Assembly: GCA_963665125.2 (NCBI GenBank) | Contig: CAXXUK010000001.1 | Location: forward strand, 96,001-160,000 | Length of the DNA stretch: 64,000 bases | Reading direction: 5' to 3' | Source: an uncultured Desulfarculus sp. | Lineage (GTDB): Bacteria > Desulfobacterota > Desulfarculia > Desulfarculales > Desulfarculaceae | Made by a program: the position numbers and the translations under genes | Part shown: one piece after another, positions 48,396 through 57,821 of the stretch | Numbering within the stretch: position 1 is the stretch's first letter | Layout: each line of letters begins with the position of its first letter | Notes under the pieces: model-generated | What the model was told of the DNA's origin: nothing | The model's input: only the letters and a program-made list of their open reading frames with translations | Database searches by the model: none

Positions 48396-49401
48396 AGAAT
48401 CAGTTGAACAGCAGGCTTTGGCCCTGATCGCCCAGGATGGTAGCAATGTAGCCCCCCGTTTGGCGGTCGAATTAGGCATTTCCCGCCAAGCTGTCAACGC
48501 TCATCTGCGACGGCTTGTTGATAAGAAGCTTGTAACAGCCACGGGTAGCACTCGCGCTCGGGTTTACAGCTTAGCCATCCTATGGGAGGAGACACGAGAC
48601 TACCACTTGGAGGGGTTGAGTGAGGATCTGGTTTGGCGAGAGAGTTTTGCGCCGAAGCTGGCCGATCTGCCCTTCAGCGTGCGCGATATCTGGCATTACG
48701 GTGTTACGGAAATGGTCAACAACGCCATTGACCATTCTGAAGGCAGCCAACTGAAAATACTGGTGCAGGGTAATGCCCATCACGCTTGCGCCCAAATCAA
48801 GGATGACGGCGTGGGCATTTTCCACAAGATTCAGTTGGCGCTGGGCCTGTACGATCCACGCGAGTCAATCCTTGAACTGGCAAAGGGAAAATTCACCACC
48901 GACCCAGCCCGACACTCAGGGGAGGGTATTTTCTTCGCGTCCAAGCTTTTTGATGAATTCGCCATTATGTCGGGCGGGTTGCATTTTCAACATGATCACG
49001 GCCAAGCCGATATATTGAAGGGTGGCAGTGATGATGTATCAGGCACCGTGGTGCGGTTGCAGTTGGCCAACCAGAGCCAAAGGATTATGCAGGAGGTGTT
49101 TGACCGCTTCGCTGCCCCCGAAGAGTATAGTTTTGCCGAAACTGTGGTTCCCGTGCACTTGGCCCAATACGAAGGCGAGAAGCTGGTGTCGCGCTCCCAG
49201 GCCAAACGGTTATACCAACGTTTCGAACGATTTAAGCGCGTGGTGTTGGACTTCACAGACGTCGCCGAGATCGGGCAGGCCTTTGCCGACGAGTTGTTCC
49301 GCGTTTTTGCCAAGTCCCACCCGGAGGTGGATTTGCAATACGTGAATCTGACAGATGCCGTTGAACGCATGATCAAGCGGGCCCTGTCTGTTGATGCCTG
49401 A
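48385..49401 (+). CDS. wHTH-HATPase-STAS-like (DUF4325) domain protein
   Basis: GISRQAVNAHLRRL HTH; EMVNNAIDHS, DDGVGI, HSGEGIFF; SRSQAKRL...LDF..V..IGQAFADELF. Confidence 0.85.
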   Translation: MLDKESVEQQALALIAQDGSNVAPRLAVELGISRQAVNAHLRRLVDKKLVTATGSTRARVYSLAILWEETRDYHLEGLSEDLVWRESFAPKLADLPFSVRDIWHYGVTEMVNNAIDHSEGSQLKILVQGNAHHACAQIKDDGVGIFHKIQLALGLYDPRESILELAKGKFTTDPARHSGEGIFFASKLFDEFAIMSGGLHFQHDHGQADILKGGSDDVSGTVVRLQLANQSQRIMQEVFDRFAAPEEYSFAETVVPVHLAQYEGEKLVSRSQAKRLYQRFERFKRVVLDFTDVAEIGQAFADELFRVFAKSHPEVDLQYVNLTDAVERMIKRALSVDA

Positions 49402-49530
49402 CGTGCTTCGTCGGCTTAAAACAGGAAGGGTGGTGGGCCTTGCTGATCATAATATTGGTGCATTTTTGATACTCGTGGTGAGTGTCAAAGGGTAGGGTAA
49501 GTGCTTGAAATAACTTGATAGGGCATTGCG

Positions 49531-49575
49531 CTCCGGAGCCAAAGGCCGTGGGTTCGAATCCCGCACCGCCCACCA
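49531..49575 (+). repeat. att core copy 2 (junction of islands A and B)
   Basis: CTCCGGAGCCAAAGGCCGTGGGTTCGAATCCCGCACCGCCCACCA, identical to the tRNA 3' end; IHF-like boxes at 49498 and 49580. Confidence 0.95.
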
Positions 49576-49583
49576 ATGATATC

Positions 49584-49615
49584 AAAGGGTTACGTCGCAA
49601 GGCGTAACCCTTTTT
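49584..49615 (+). terminator. Intrinsic terminator after att copy 2
   Basis: AAAGGGTTACGTC-GCAA-GGCGTAACCCTTT plus T tract. Confidence 0.8.
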
Positions 49616-49710
49616 GCTTGGATTTTTATACTTTTTTATACTCGGTGGCTGAAAAATAAAAAATGACCGAAAAGAGACTCCGCTGATAGAAGTCTCTTAG
49701 TTGGGGTGAA

Positions 49711-50727
49711 TCATTGGTCTTCTGGTTCGTCGTCCAGCGTGGGCATGAGCTTGGCCGCTTTCTGCTGGGCAGTTTTCATGACGCCACCGTAGACATCAAG
49801 GGTGGTGCTCAAGCGGCGATGGCCTAGTTGGTGCTGGACGGCAGCTGGATCGGCTCCATTCGCCAGCATCTCTGTTGCAGCCACATGGCGCAAATCATAC
49901 ATGCGAATGGAACTGTCACCGTAGCCTGCACGCTCTTTTGCACTGCCCCAGGCCCTTTTTAGGCTTTTAATCTGTCTACCTCTGAAGTGGACCACCCAGG
50001 GGATGTTGGCAGACTTGTCCTGCTCATATCTGGACCTGGCTTTTTTCATGAACGACTCTGGCGGGTAGACGGTTTTACGTCCGGCTCCTTTGCCCTGTAT
50101 GATCTCCACACACCCGCTCTGCCACTTGAAGCTGGACCATTTCAACCGTAACAACTCTACCTCTCCTGGTCTCAGAGCCAGGCATAGGCTTACCTCAAAA
50201 GCCCATTTCAGGTGCGGAGCGGCATGGCCCATAATCGTTTTGAAATCATCGAGGGTTGCCGTGACTACGTGATCCTCTTCCTTGAGCTTTGGTGCGCCAT
50301 GCCATGGATTGCGTACCAAAAGCTCTTGGGAAATGCCCCAGTTGAACATGGCGATTAGATAGGCCTGGGCCTTGTTCCTGGTGGCATTCTTGACATTGCC
50401 CATGCTAAGACGCATGGTTTCAAGATCACGCTTGTTGATCTTGTCACAGGGCTTTTCCAAGAAGCTGGCGCATGCCTTGGTGAGGTAATTAACCATGGCT
50501 TTCTGGGTTATGCGGTCCAGGGAATTCTGCTTCGCTTCGAAATAGCTGTTAGCCAATTCCGCCAGCGTGGGGGTATGTGCGTTGGCTGCTGCAAGGTTTT
50601 GTTTGATTTGATCATCAAATGCGAGGGCTTTTGCCTCACCGTCCTTGCCAAAGCTTTTCATTGTCCACTTACCATTTTGTTTGAATTTGACGACCCAATA
50701 GCCATCCTTTCGTTGATGTACTGACAT
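49711..50727 (-). CDS. Tyrosine recombinase/integrase (intact)
   Basis: LRPGE, QGK, YDLRH, LGH, LDVY catalytic set. Confidence 0.93.
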   Translation of the reverse strand: MSVHQRKDGYWVVKFKQNGKWTMKSFGKDGEAKALAFDDQIKQNLAAANAHTPTLAELANSYFEAKQNSLDRITQKAMVNYLTKACASFLEKPCDKINKRDLETMRLSMGNVKNATRNKAQAYLIAMFNWGISQELLVRNPWHGAPKLKEEDHVVTATLDDFKTIMGHAAPHLKWAFEVSLCLALRPGEVELLRLKWSSFKWQSGCVEIIQGKGAGRKTVYPPESFMKKARSRYEQDKSANIPWVVHFRGRQIKSLKRAWGSAKERAGYGDSSIRMYDLRHVAATEMLANGADPAAVQHQLGHRRLSTTLDVYGGVMKTAQQKAAKLMPTLDDEPEDQ

Positions 50728-50753
50728 TGTGACCTTCCTTTGCGACCCTGGCC

Positions 50754-50960
50754 CTAAGACCAACGCTTGACAAGGTCAACGCCGGTTACGGATGATTTTC
50801 TTGGTTGTGAGGAAGGTAGGATTGTCTCAATCGCATCTGTGTGGAACTTGATGGCATCAAGGTGCCCTCTAATTTCGGCGATCTGTTCCTTGGATAGTGG
50901 GAAGTCGATGATAAGGGGAATCTCTGGTTTTTGGTTTTGAATGTTGTCGTTTCTTTTCAT
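50754..50960 (-). CDS. Small conserved island backbone protein
   Basis: Paralog of 26122-26328; GGAG RBS. Confidence 0.7.
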   Translation of the reverse strand: MKRNDNIQNQKPEIPLIIDFPLSKEQIAEIRGHLDAIKFHTDAIETILPSSQPRKSSVTGVDLVKRWS

Positions 50961-51041
50961 TGAACAATCTCCATTTTTGGAGTTTGTCCTCATGGAGCAG
51001 AATTGGTTCACATATGTAATATCGCCCATTATGTCAACATG

Positions 51042-51968
51042 TTATCCATGTGAGCTCAACACTTCACCGCCGATGGTCTGCAAGCGGTGAACCGACTCAG
51101 CGGGCAGTGACTGATACTGGGCAGCCTTGGTATAGGCATTGGCGATCTGCCATATGGTGCTGCCCGGTTCAAAGGCCCATCCCCATTCAACGGCCTGCTG
51201 CTCCATTTCAGACAGCAGGAATCGCCGGTTGATTGACTCCATGGTTTTGTCAGGCTCCTCGACTGGGGTTTCCATGGATATCCTGATGCGGCTGCTCTGG
51301 ATGCTGGCCTCACCACGCACCGATGAAATCGTCTCAGGCAGGCATTCCAAAGCCTTCTGGGAGATGTGGCGGTATGACGATGAGGTTTGGCTCCGGGTGA
51401 CCATGCCGTTGGTGCAGACCAAGCGCAGGAAGAACGCCTCGATCTTCAGAGATGCCAAGCCGACTTCGCTGTTAGAGATGGATATCCCCGGCGATAGTTC
51501 ATCGCCGAGTATCTTGACGCTTCTCGGATCCGGGATGCTCAGACTCATGAATTGGCTGTCCAGGCTGACATGCACCGTTGTGTCTTCGCCGTAGCCAAGC
51601 TGCATCAGCGCATCGAGGACATGGTGATTATCTATGGGCTTGTAGCGCGGGGTGAAGATGGCCCTGACATTGTTGCCGTCAAACCTGAAGAACAACTCAT
51701 CCTGGGGCTCATCCTGAAGCCAGTGGGCCAACTGCTGGGCCTGTAAATCCTCAGGGCATCGCCTGAGATAGTTGAACGGGATGCCAAGGCGGTTGGATAT
51801 GGAGCGTTGGGCTATTTGCTCCAGAGGGTGAGGCTGATCGCCGATGCGGACGGCATTCAGACTTTCAAATTTGAGGTCCTTCACCGGCACATGACGATCA
51901 TGACGGTAATGACGATGCTTCTCGTGTACCTCGTGTGACAAGGCACCAAGGGTGGTGGACAAAGGCAT
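51042..51968 (-). CDS. DUF932-family phage/plasmid protein
   Basis: YKPIDN and ISISNSEVG...FLRLVCTNGM; AAGGAG RBS. Confidence 0.85.
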   Translation of the reverse strand: MPLSTTLGALSHEVHEKHRHYRHDRHVPVKDLKFESLNAVRIGDQPHPLEQIAQRSISNRLGIPFNYLRRCPEDLQAQQLAHWLQDEPQDELFFRFDGNNVRAIFTPRYKPIDNHHVLDALMQLGYGEDTTVHVSLDSQFMSLSIPDPRSVKILGDELSPGISISNSEVGLASLKIEAFFLRLVCTNGMVTRSQTSSSYRHISQKALECLPETISSVRGEASIQSSRIRISMETPVEEPDKTMESINRRFLLSEMEQQAVEWGWAFEPGSTIWQIANAYTKAAQYQSLPAESVHRLQTIGGEVLSSHG

Positions 51969-52031
51969 AACAGTCTCCTTGCTTTGTCTCGGGTTTGGAC
52001 TTTGTGGAGTTGGGAGCGGAAGGACAGCGAG

Positions 52032-52220
52032 CTATCGACGGAGCAATCTGAGGGCGATTGCCGCCAACATTCTCATGGTCTTACCTGTGGTCTCAATGAT
52101 GATGGGGAACGTGGATTTGACCGTGGCCTTGGCGATCTGAATGCCACCTTCCCGAATGAGGCCTTTGACGGCTTTTGGGGTCATGCTGGCAGAATTTTCC
52201 TGTGGGTTTTGGTTTTCCAT
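52032..52220 (-). CDS. Small conserved island backbone protein
   Basis: Paralog of 27401-27601. Confidence 0.65.
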   Translation of the reverse strand: MENQNPQENSASMTPKAVKGLIREGGIQIAKATVKSTFPIIIETTGKTMRMLAAIALRLLRR

Positions 52221-52453
52221 GGCTTTCTCCTGAAATTTAAGGGGTTAATAGCTTTCAGGATTTAATATATATAGTTAAGTCAGTTGTTTGACGGGAGGGG
52301 AAGGCCAGGGTTGATAGTTACTTAGCACAGGTTTAACTGGCGAAAATCAAAGCGTATTAATGCTTGTCAATGCTCCCGTTGATTGACAAACCATAGCAAG
52401 AGTTCCATCTATCGAAAGGTTTAACAGGTTCAGTTAGCTAAATAAGAATCGTC

Positions 52454-52528
52454 TTCAACCGAACCCGGCGGCTCAGTGCCAACGGCAACATCAGCCCACT
52501 GACCTTTGAAAACAAAATGATCGCTTAA
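52454..52528 (+). pseudogene. IS3-family transposase C-terminal remnant
   Basis: Translates FNRTRRLSANGNISPLTFENKMIA-stop; homologous to 27816-27920. Confidence 0.7.
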
Positions 52529-52565
52529 TAAACTACCCGTCAGACGGGTAAGGGCTACTGTCAGC

Positions 52566-52662
52566 CAAGTCATCCCCGCACACGCGGGGAACACGGCAAA
52601 GACATCCACGACGCAATGTCTAGCACCGGTTCATCCTCGCACGTGCATGTCCCGAGAATTCG
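52566..52662 (-). CRISPR. Orphan type I-E-like mini-array: altered repeat, 32-nt spacer, near-canonical repeat; no cas genes in the window
   Basis: Minus strand ...GCACGTGCGAGGATGAACCG + GTGCTAGACATTGCGTCGTGGATGTCTTTGCC + GTGTTCCCCGCGTGTGCGGGGATGACTTG; 29+32 = 61-bp periodicity typical of type I-E. Confidence 0.85.
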
Positions 52663-52797
52663 GTAGGATGTCACGGCCATGATCAGAGAAACCAAATATG
52701 CAGGGAGCGTCCGCGCATGGCAGGCTCCCCGGCCGGACATGTCACTGCCGGGGAGCGCCTTAACGCGTCGCGGGCCGATAAAACATATGGTCGGCGA

Positions 52798-54267
52798 TTA
52801 CTCCCCGCCTTCTTTCGGCATGTAGGGGTCCTCGGTGCCCATTGGGATAAGCGGGTACTTTTTCAGGCTTTTCTCAAAATCACCGACGATCTTGTTGATC
52901 GGATACCCGACCCAGGAGTTGTAGACAGCGACATCGTGGCGTTCCTGCGGGTCGCGCAGCAAGTTGAAAAGCCTGGGCATTGGGAGCGCCTGCGGCGTAT
53001 CGAACATGCCGACTTGCCAGATGAAATGGGTCTTCCAGTTACGCCATTTGGCGGCATAGAGTTTGTCGCGGACAAAGACGGGGAAGCCTTCACGGTTGGA
53101 GTTTTCCTGCCTGCCCTCCAGAAAATCCAGCTGGTCCACGCCGTCGATGGGGCGATCATTGGGGACCTGGGCGCCTCCCACCCGGGCCAGTGTCGCATAG
53201 CAGTCCACGATATGGACGATTTCGTTGCTGACCCGGCCCGCCTGGACCTTGCCCTGCCACCTCATGATGAACGGCACCCGCAGGGAGCCTTCCATGGCCG
53301 TGAAGTAGGTGCCGCGCCAGGGTCCGGCCCAGCCCTGCCACGGGATGGTCGCTTCCGGGCCATTGTCGCTGGCGAAGATCACCACCGTATTGTCCGCTAT
53401 GCCCAATTTCTGGATCGTATCCAGTATTTGTCCGACATGGGCGTCCAATTCGGCGAGACAGTCGGCCCAGTCACCGTTGCCGGTCTTCCCGGTGAACTCC
53501 GACGACGGCAGCGTGGGCAAGTGGAATTTTTGGAACGAGACGTAGGCGAAAAACGGCTTGCCGGCCTTGGCCTCCCGCCGCATGAACTCAAGGCAGCGCT
53601 TGGTTATTTCGGTATCCATGTTACGGGAGCGCTCCACGTCCAGGGTGGCGACCACCTTCGGTTTTTCGCCCTTGCGCGCGTCATAGATCTTTTCCGCCGG
53701 GACCACGTCCGCCCGCCAGCCCTGACGGCCTCCTTCGGAGGGCCATATCCCTTTGGCCTCCACTTCCGACGGCCACAATGCTTCGTCATAACTCCTGGGA
53801 ATGCCGTACCACTCATCAAAGCCCCTGGCCGTGGGCAGACGGTCTTCCCTGCTCCCCAGATGCCATTTGCCCCACATGCCCGTGGCATATCCCTGCGCCG
53901 ACAGGAGCTGGGCAAGGGTGACTTCCCAGCGGGTCAACCCGTCCTTATCGCCGCCGATCGGCACCGCGTAGGTGCCGGAACGGATCGAGAACCGCCCGGT
54001 CATGAGCGCCGAACGCGTGGGCGTGCACTGGGCTTCGACGTTGAAGTTGGTCAGGCGCACGCCCTGGTCGGCCAGGGTGTCGATGCGCGGAGTTGGCGCG
54101 CCCCGGAGTATGCCTCCGCCATAAACTCCGACTTCGCCGTAACCGAGGTTGTCGACCAACATGAACACGATGTTGGGTTTGGCCGTCGCCTCTGCGCCAG
54201 GAGCCGGAGCGGCAATTAATAACGAAATGAGGCATAGAGAAATCGCAAAGATATTTTTCCGCCGCAT
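52798..54267 (-). CDS. Secreted Cys-type arylsulfatase
   Basis: Signal peptide, KPNIVFMLVD, CTPTR signature, GKWHLG, SDNG; GGAGG RBS before ATG 54267. Confidence 0.92.
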   Translation of the reverse strand: MRRKNIFAISLCLISLLIAAPAPGAEATAKPNIVFMLVDNLGYGEVGVYGGGILRGAPTPRIDTLADQGVRLTNFNVEAQCTPTRSALMTGRFSIRSGTYAVPIGGDKDGLTRWEVTLAQLLSAQGYATGMWGKWHLGSREDRLPTARGFDEWYGIPRSYDEALWPSEVEAKGIWPSEGGRQGWRADVVPAEKIYDARKGEKPKVVATLDVERSRNMDTEITKRCLEFMRREAKAGKPFFAYVSFQKFHLPTLPSSEFTGKTGNGDWADCLAELDAHVGQILDTIQKLGIADNTVVIFASDNGPEATIPWQGWAGPWRGTYFTAMEGSLRVPFIMRWQGKVQAGRVSNEIVHIVDCYATLARVGGAQVPNDRPIDGVDQLDFLEGRQENSNREGFPVFVRDKLYAAKWRNWKTHFIWQVGMFDTPQALPMPRLFNLLRDPQERHDVAVYNSWVGYPINKIVGDFEKSLKKYPLIPMGTEDPYMPKEGGE

Positions 54268-54354
54268 ACTCCCCCTCCGAGGAACTATCTGGATATAACT
54301 CGCCGTCTCGTGAAGAGTGGATTGCATGGTACGCCTTCCCTTCATGAGCCTAGG

Positions 54355-55326
54355 TTAAAATTCAAACGAGAATGAGAAACAGACCAGATCTCCGGACAGA
54401 CGATGGTTCGCCCCGGTGTCATGGATCCATTTCAGGAGCAGACTCACGTCCTCGCCGGCAATGGGTAGGGTGTAGCCGATAGCCGGACCAAGGCCTTCGG
54501 CCGAAGACATATAGGAGCCGAAAACAGCGCCGTCACCCTTGTCGGGAGTTGTTTGGGCATACACATAACCCACCAGGCCCAGGGACAACTGTTCGTTGGG
54601 GTGATAGGCCAGGGTCCAGTCCAGGTGGAATTCATCGCCGCTTTGATAATCAGTGGCCTCGTTTTTTGTGCTGGTCGTATAGCCCAGGTTGCACGATATC
54701 TCGTATCCGTTCCGGTTCAGCCAGGTAAATCCGACATTCATGTCGAACGACACATAGTTGAGGCCGAGATTGGTGATCGTGTCCGAAGCGTAGTAGCCGG
54801 TGGGCAGATAAACGACCGGTGATATGAGGACATGGTAATCGCCGATGTTCCAGCCAAGGATGAGCGGCGCGAGATAAATGTCCGAAAGGCCGCCCCGGTT
54901 GCCCCCACCGGCTTCCCGCATATCAGAGCCGTTGTCGTTGATGGCCAGGCTGCCGGTGATATGCTCGTTAAAGGCAATGGGTATGCCGATGCCGAAACCG
55001 ATAAAGCCCTTGATCGCCGGTGCGTCGAACAGCCAATTCAGCTTGGTTATGTTCAACAGAAGATCATCGTCAATGTGGCCGTAGGCATTTCCGGCCATGG
55101 CCGTGCCGTTGACTTGGATTGATTGATACAGAAAATCGTTGCGGATGGAAAAACCGGCTTCCGGAATGTAGCCGATGTAAAAATCGCCGTATGTACCGGG
55201 TATGTAATGGCTGACGCCTCCCTCCACGGCCCGTGAAGGTTCGGCGGTTAGAAGACTCAATGCCGCCGCTACGAGGATTATCAACAAGGAGCTGAGGATG
55301 GTTTTCCCGATGTGTTGCCGTTGCAT
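54355..55326 (-). CDS. SphA/MetA-pathway-like outer-membrane beta-barrel protein
   Basis: EGGVSHYIPG, GLSD, LPTGYY....NLGLN, YQSGDEFHLD, terminal Phe. Confidence 0.8.
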   Translation of the reverse strand: MQRQHIGKTILSSLLIILVAAALSLLTAEPSRAVEGGVSHYIPGTYGDFYIGYIPEAGFSIRNDFLYQSIQVNGTAMAGNAYGHIDDDLLLNITKLNWLFDAPAIKGFIGFGIGIPIAFNEHITGSLAINDNGSDMREAGGGNRGGLSDIYLAPLILGWNIGDYHVLISPVVYLPTGYYASDTITNLGLNYVSFDMNVGFTWLNRNGYEISCNLGYTTSTKNEATDYQSGDEFHLDWTLAYHPNEQLSLGLVGYVYAQTTPDKGDGAVFGSYMSSAEGLGPAIGYTLPIAGEDVSLLLKWIHDTGANHRLSGDLVCFSFSFEF

Positions 55327-55553
55327 AAGCTTATCCCTAAAAGTGAAACGCACAGTACTTAATATCGGACGTTCTTATTTTGCCGCTGACCGGCGGAGCA
55401 TAGCCGCCTCGCAATTGGCCGGCGCCGTACCCGCTGTTTAATTCCAAAACCGCGTTGCCCGAAAATGGTCGGCCTCCGTAAATGGACGCGTAACGGCCCT
55501 CCTGGAGGCCGCTTCAACTAAGCCATGCTCCGGTCTCACTTGACGGATTTCTT

Positions 55554-57821
55554 TCATGGGCGGGTCTTTTTTATCATTGTCAGCAATCTAGACGCATCCT
55601 GGTGGCCGGGGTGGCGTCTCAGCAGATCAGTCAGAACCTCAACCGCGCCGGTTTGATCACCGGTGCCTGCCAGGCAATAGGCCAAGCTATAGGCGTAAAC
55701 CGGGATGTCCGGGCGCTGCCGCGCTGCCCGGCGACATAGCTCGATGGCCTCCTGTGGATGGCTGGCCATAATCAGCACGCCCAAGTTGTAGGCAGCCCTG
55801 GCCATGTTCGGATCGGCCCGTAGCGCCGCCCGCAGATGCTTTTCCGCCTGGGTCCGGTCGCCGATTTGGGCTTCAAGAAGGCCCAGGTTGCAGTTGGCTG
55901 CGGCATTATCGGGTTGCAATGTCAACGCTTCCCGGAGCGCGTCCCGCGCTTTTTCAGGGTCGCCCAACCGGGCATAAGCAATGGAAATATTAACCAGGGG
56001 CGGGACGCTGGACGGCGACAGGCGCATGGCCTTTTCATAGCAGGCAACGGCCTGGGCCGGATCGCCGCGCTCCAGGAAGTAATTGCCCAGACCGTATTGT
56101 GAACTCCATAGATCGGGCCGTGCTCTCAGGATGGCAAGGTATTCCGCCGTGGCCGCGCGGACGTTGTCGTTGTCGCTCCATGAGGGGCCGACTGCGGGTA
56201 TGGCCGTCTGCGCCAAAGCGGCGGCGGCGCGGATGCGCACCAGGCGGTATTCGTCGGACGTCAACGCCGTGAGTATGCCGATGGCATCCGGGGATGCGCC
56301 GGTCGCCATGGCGTCGGCCGCCGCCGCCCTGACCAGGGGCGAGGCGGATTTGGCGGCCTTGGCAATGGCCGATTCCTTTTCGGCGCGGGGACAGTTAGCC
56401 AATAGCCGCAGGATCGAGGCCGAAACAATAGGGTCGGCCGTGTCGGAGTCCAGGTATGCCAGCAATTGGGGTAAACGGCGCCAATCGCCTTGGCGCGCCG
56501 CCAGCACCAAGGCGGCCTGTTGGATCACCGGGGCCTGGTAATCGTGCTGATGCCAAGCCCGCACCTGGCGGTCGGCCCAGGCGGCGTCCTTGTCGCGGTG
56601 GCAAATGTTGCAGGCGTTCGGCGAACTGTGGTCCATGGTGGTCGCCGGGGTGGGCGGCAGCATAGAATGATCACTACGGCGGATGCGGGCAAAGCTGGTG
56701 GTCGGCATGTGGCAGGACACGCAGTTGTTGCCGGGGCTGCCCGCCGGATGGCGGGTGTGGGCTGGGGCCTCGGCCACCCGCTCGGCGTGGCAGGCCGCAC
56801 AGGCCTGGTTGGCTCGCGCCGGGTCCGCGAATCTGTAACGCCCGCTGGAGGTGTGGCAATGCATGCAGTCGAGTTCTCCCGACTTGACGCATGGACTGCG
56901 CAGCCAGGACGTGTAGGTGTAATTTTCTCCCAGATCCCGCCCGTCGGGGTGATAGTCGGAGTTTTCATAGGTCACCAGGTCAAAGTGATCGGAAAAACGC
57001 TGGCCGGGCTCCATGACCGGTGACAACGCGGCGGCCTTGGCGTGGCAGGAGGCACACTGGGCGTTTTGCTGCTCGTGGGTGAATTTCCGACCGCCCCGGA
57101 TGATCTTCAGGTCACTGGGTATCTGGCCTTTGGGAGCATTCCGGCAGACAGCCACATGCTCCCGCCCCGGACCATGGCAGGTTTGACAATTGATGCCCGG
57201 TTCGGTCCAGGTCGTTAGATAGGCGTCCGTGTCCGGGTCGTAGCTGGAGGAAAATTGACTGGCGTGGCAGCCCCGGCAGCCGGTGTTGAACGAGTATGCC
57301 CGGTCTTTCCAATCCAGCGCCCGGCTGGATTCGTGGGTAAAGTGGCGCACCCCGCTGTCAGCCATGTCGAACCACTCACGCCTGCGCACGTCGTAGGCCA
57401 AGGGCAGGGTCTGCAACCGCCCTCTGGCCATGGGGGTAAGGAAGTAAAATACGTCTTTACCACCAAGTACATACGCGATGGTATAGCGATGTAGCTTGCC
57501 GTCGTCCATTTCATCGACCCACCCCTGACCTGGGCCTGTCATGGCTTGGTAGAGGGCGTTGCCGATAGACATTTTCCGCTTCATCGGCGACAGACTGGCC
57601 TTGGCAAAGTCATCGGAATAGGAGCGCATGGCCAAGCCATGGAAGGAGCTGGCCCAGAGTTTGTGGAATTTTTGATGGCAATCCAGGCAACCGGCTGAGC
57701 CTGACTCTACACCAACCATCCCCGAGGCACACGGGGGAGTAGCGTCATGAGTAAGGGCAGGTGGGGTTACCCCTATCACGAGGATGAACAACGCAAAGAC
57801 AACAGCGAAGAATACACGCAT
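55554..57821 (-). CDS. Octaheme c-type cytochrome fused to HEAT and TPR repeats
   Basis: Eight CxxCH motifs (CLDCH, CRGCH, CQTCH, CASCH, CMHCH, CAACH, CVSCH, CNICH), signal peptide, HEAT repeats (LVRAAAA, LVRIRAA) and TPRs (YGLG, NLG). Confidence 0.88.
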   Translation of the reverse strand: MRVFFAVVFALFILVIGVTPPALTHDATPPCASGMVGVESGSAGCLDCHQKFHKLWASSFHGLAMRSYSDDFAKASLSPMKRKMSIGNALYQAMTGPGQGWVDEMDDGKLHRYTIAYVLGGKDVFYFLTPMARGRLQTLPLAYDVRRREWFDMADSGVRHFTHESSRALDWKDRAYSFNTGCRGCHASQFSSSYDPDTDAYLTTWTEPGINCQTCHGPGREHVAVCRNAPKGQIPSDLKIIRGGRKFTHEQQNAQCASCHAKAAALSPVMEPGQRFSDHFDLVTYENSDYHPDGRDLGENYTYTSWLRSPCVKSGELDCMHCHTSSGRYRFADPARANQACAACHAERVAEAPAHTRHPAGSPGNNCVSCHMPTTSFARIRRSDHSMLPPTPATTMDHSSPNACNICHRDKDAAWADRQVRAWHQHDYQAPVIQQAALVLAARQGDWRRLPQLLAYLDSDTADPIVSASILRLLANCPRAEKESAIAKAAKSASPLVRAAAADAMATGASPDAIGILTALTSDEYRLVRIRAAAALAQTAIPAVGPSWSDNDNVRAATAEYLAILRARPDLWSSQYGLGNYFLERGDPAQAVACYEKAMRLSPSSVPPLVNISIAYARLGDPEKARDALREALTLQPDNAAANCNLGLLEAQIGDRTQAEKHLRAALRADPNMARAAYNLGVLIMASHPQEAIELCRRAARQRPDIPVYAYSLAYCLAGTGDQTGAVEVLTDLLRRHPGHQDASRLLTMIKKTRP

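Larger units (their letters stand above)
22896..49575. mobile_element. tRNA-Arg-integrated genomic island A (26.7 kb, probably composite and non-autonomous)
   Basis: Flanked by 45-bp direct repeats; contains a truncated integrase, DUF932 pseudogene, primase-polymerase and NTPase genes, IS3, and AT-rich segments. Confidence 0.9.

Noticed and set aside
49500..49575. Second tRNA-Arg gene
   Set aside because: Only the 3' 45 bp are present; the D-arm and 5' acceptor strand are missing, so it is an att duplicate
52566..52662. Complete CRISPR-Cas immune locus
   Set aside because: One spacer only, with no leader and no cas genes in the window; reported as an orphan unit instead
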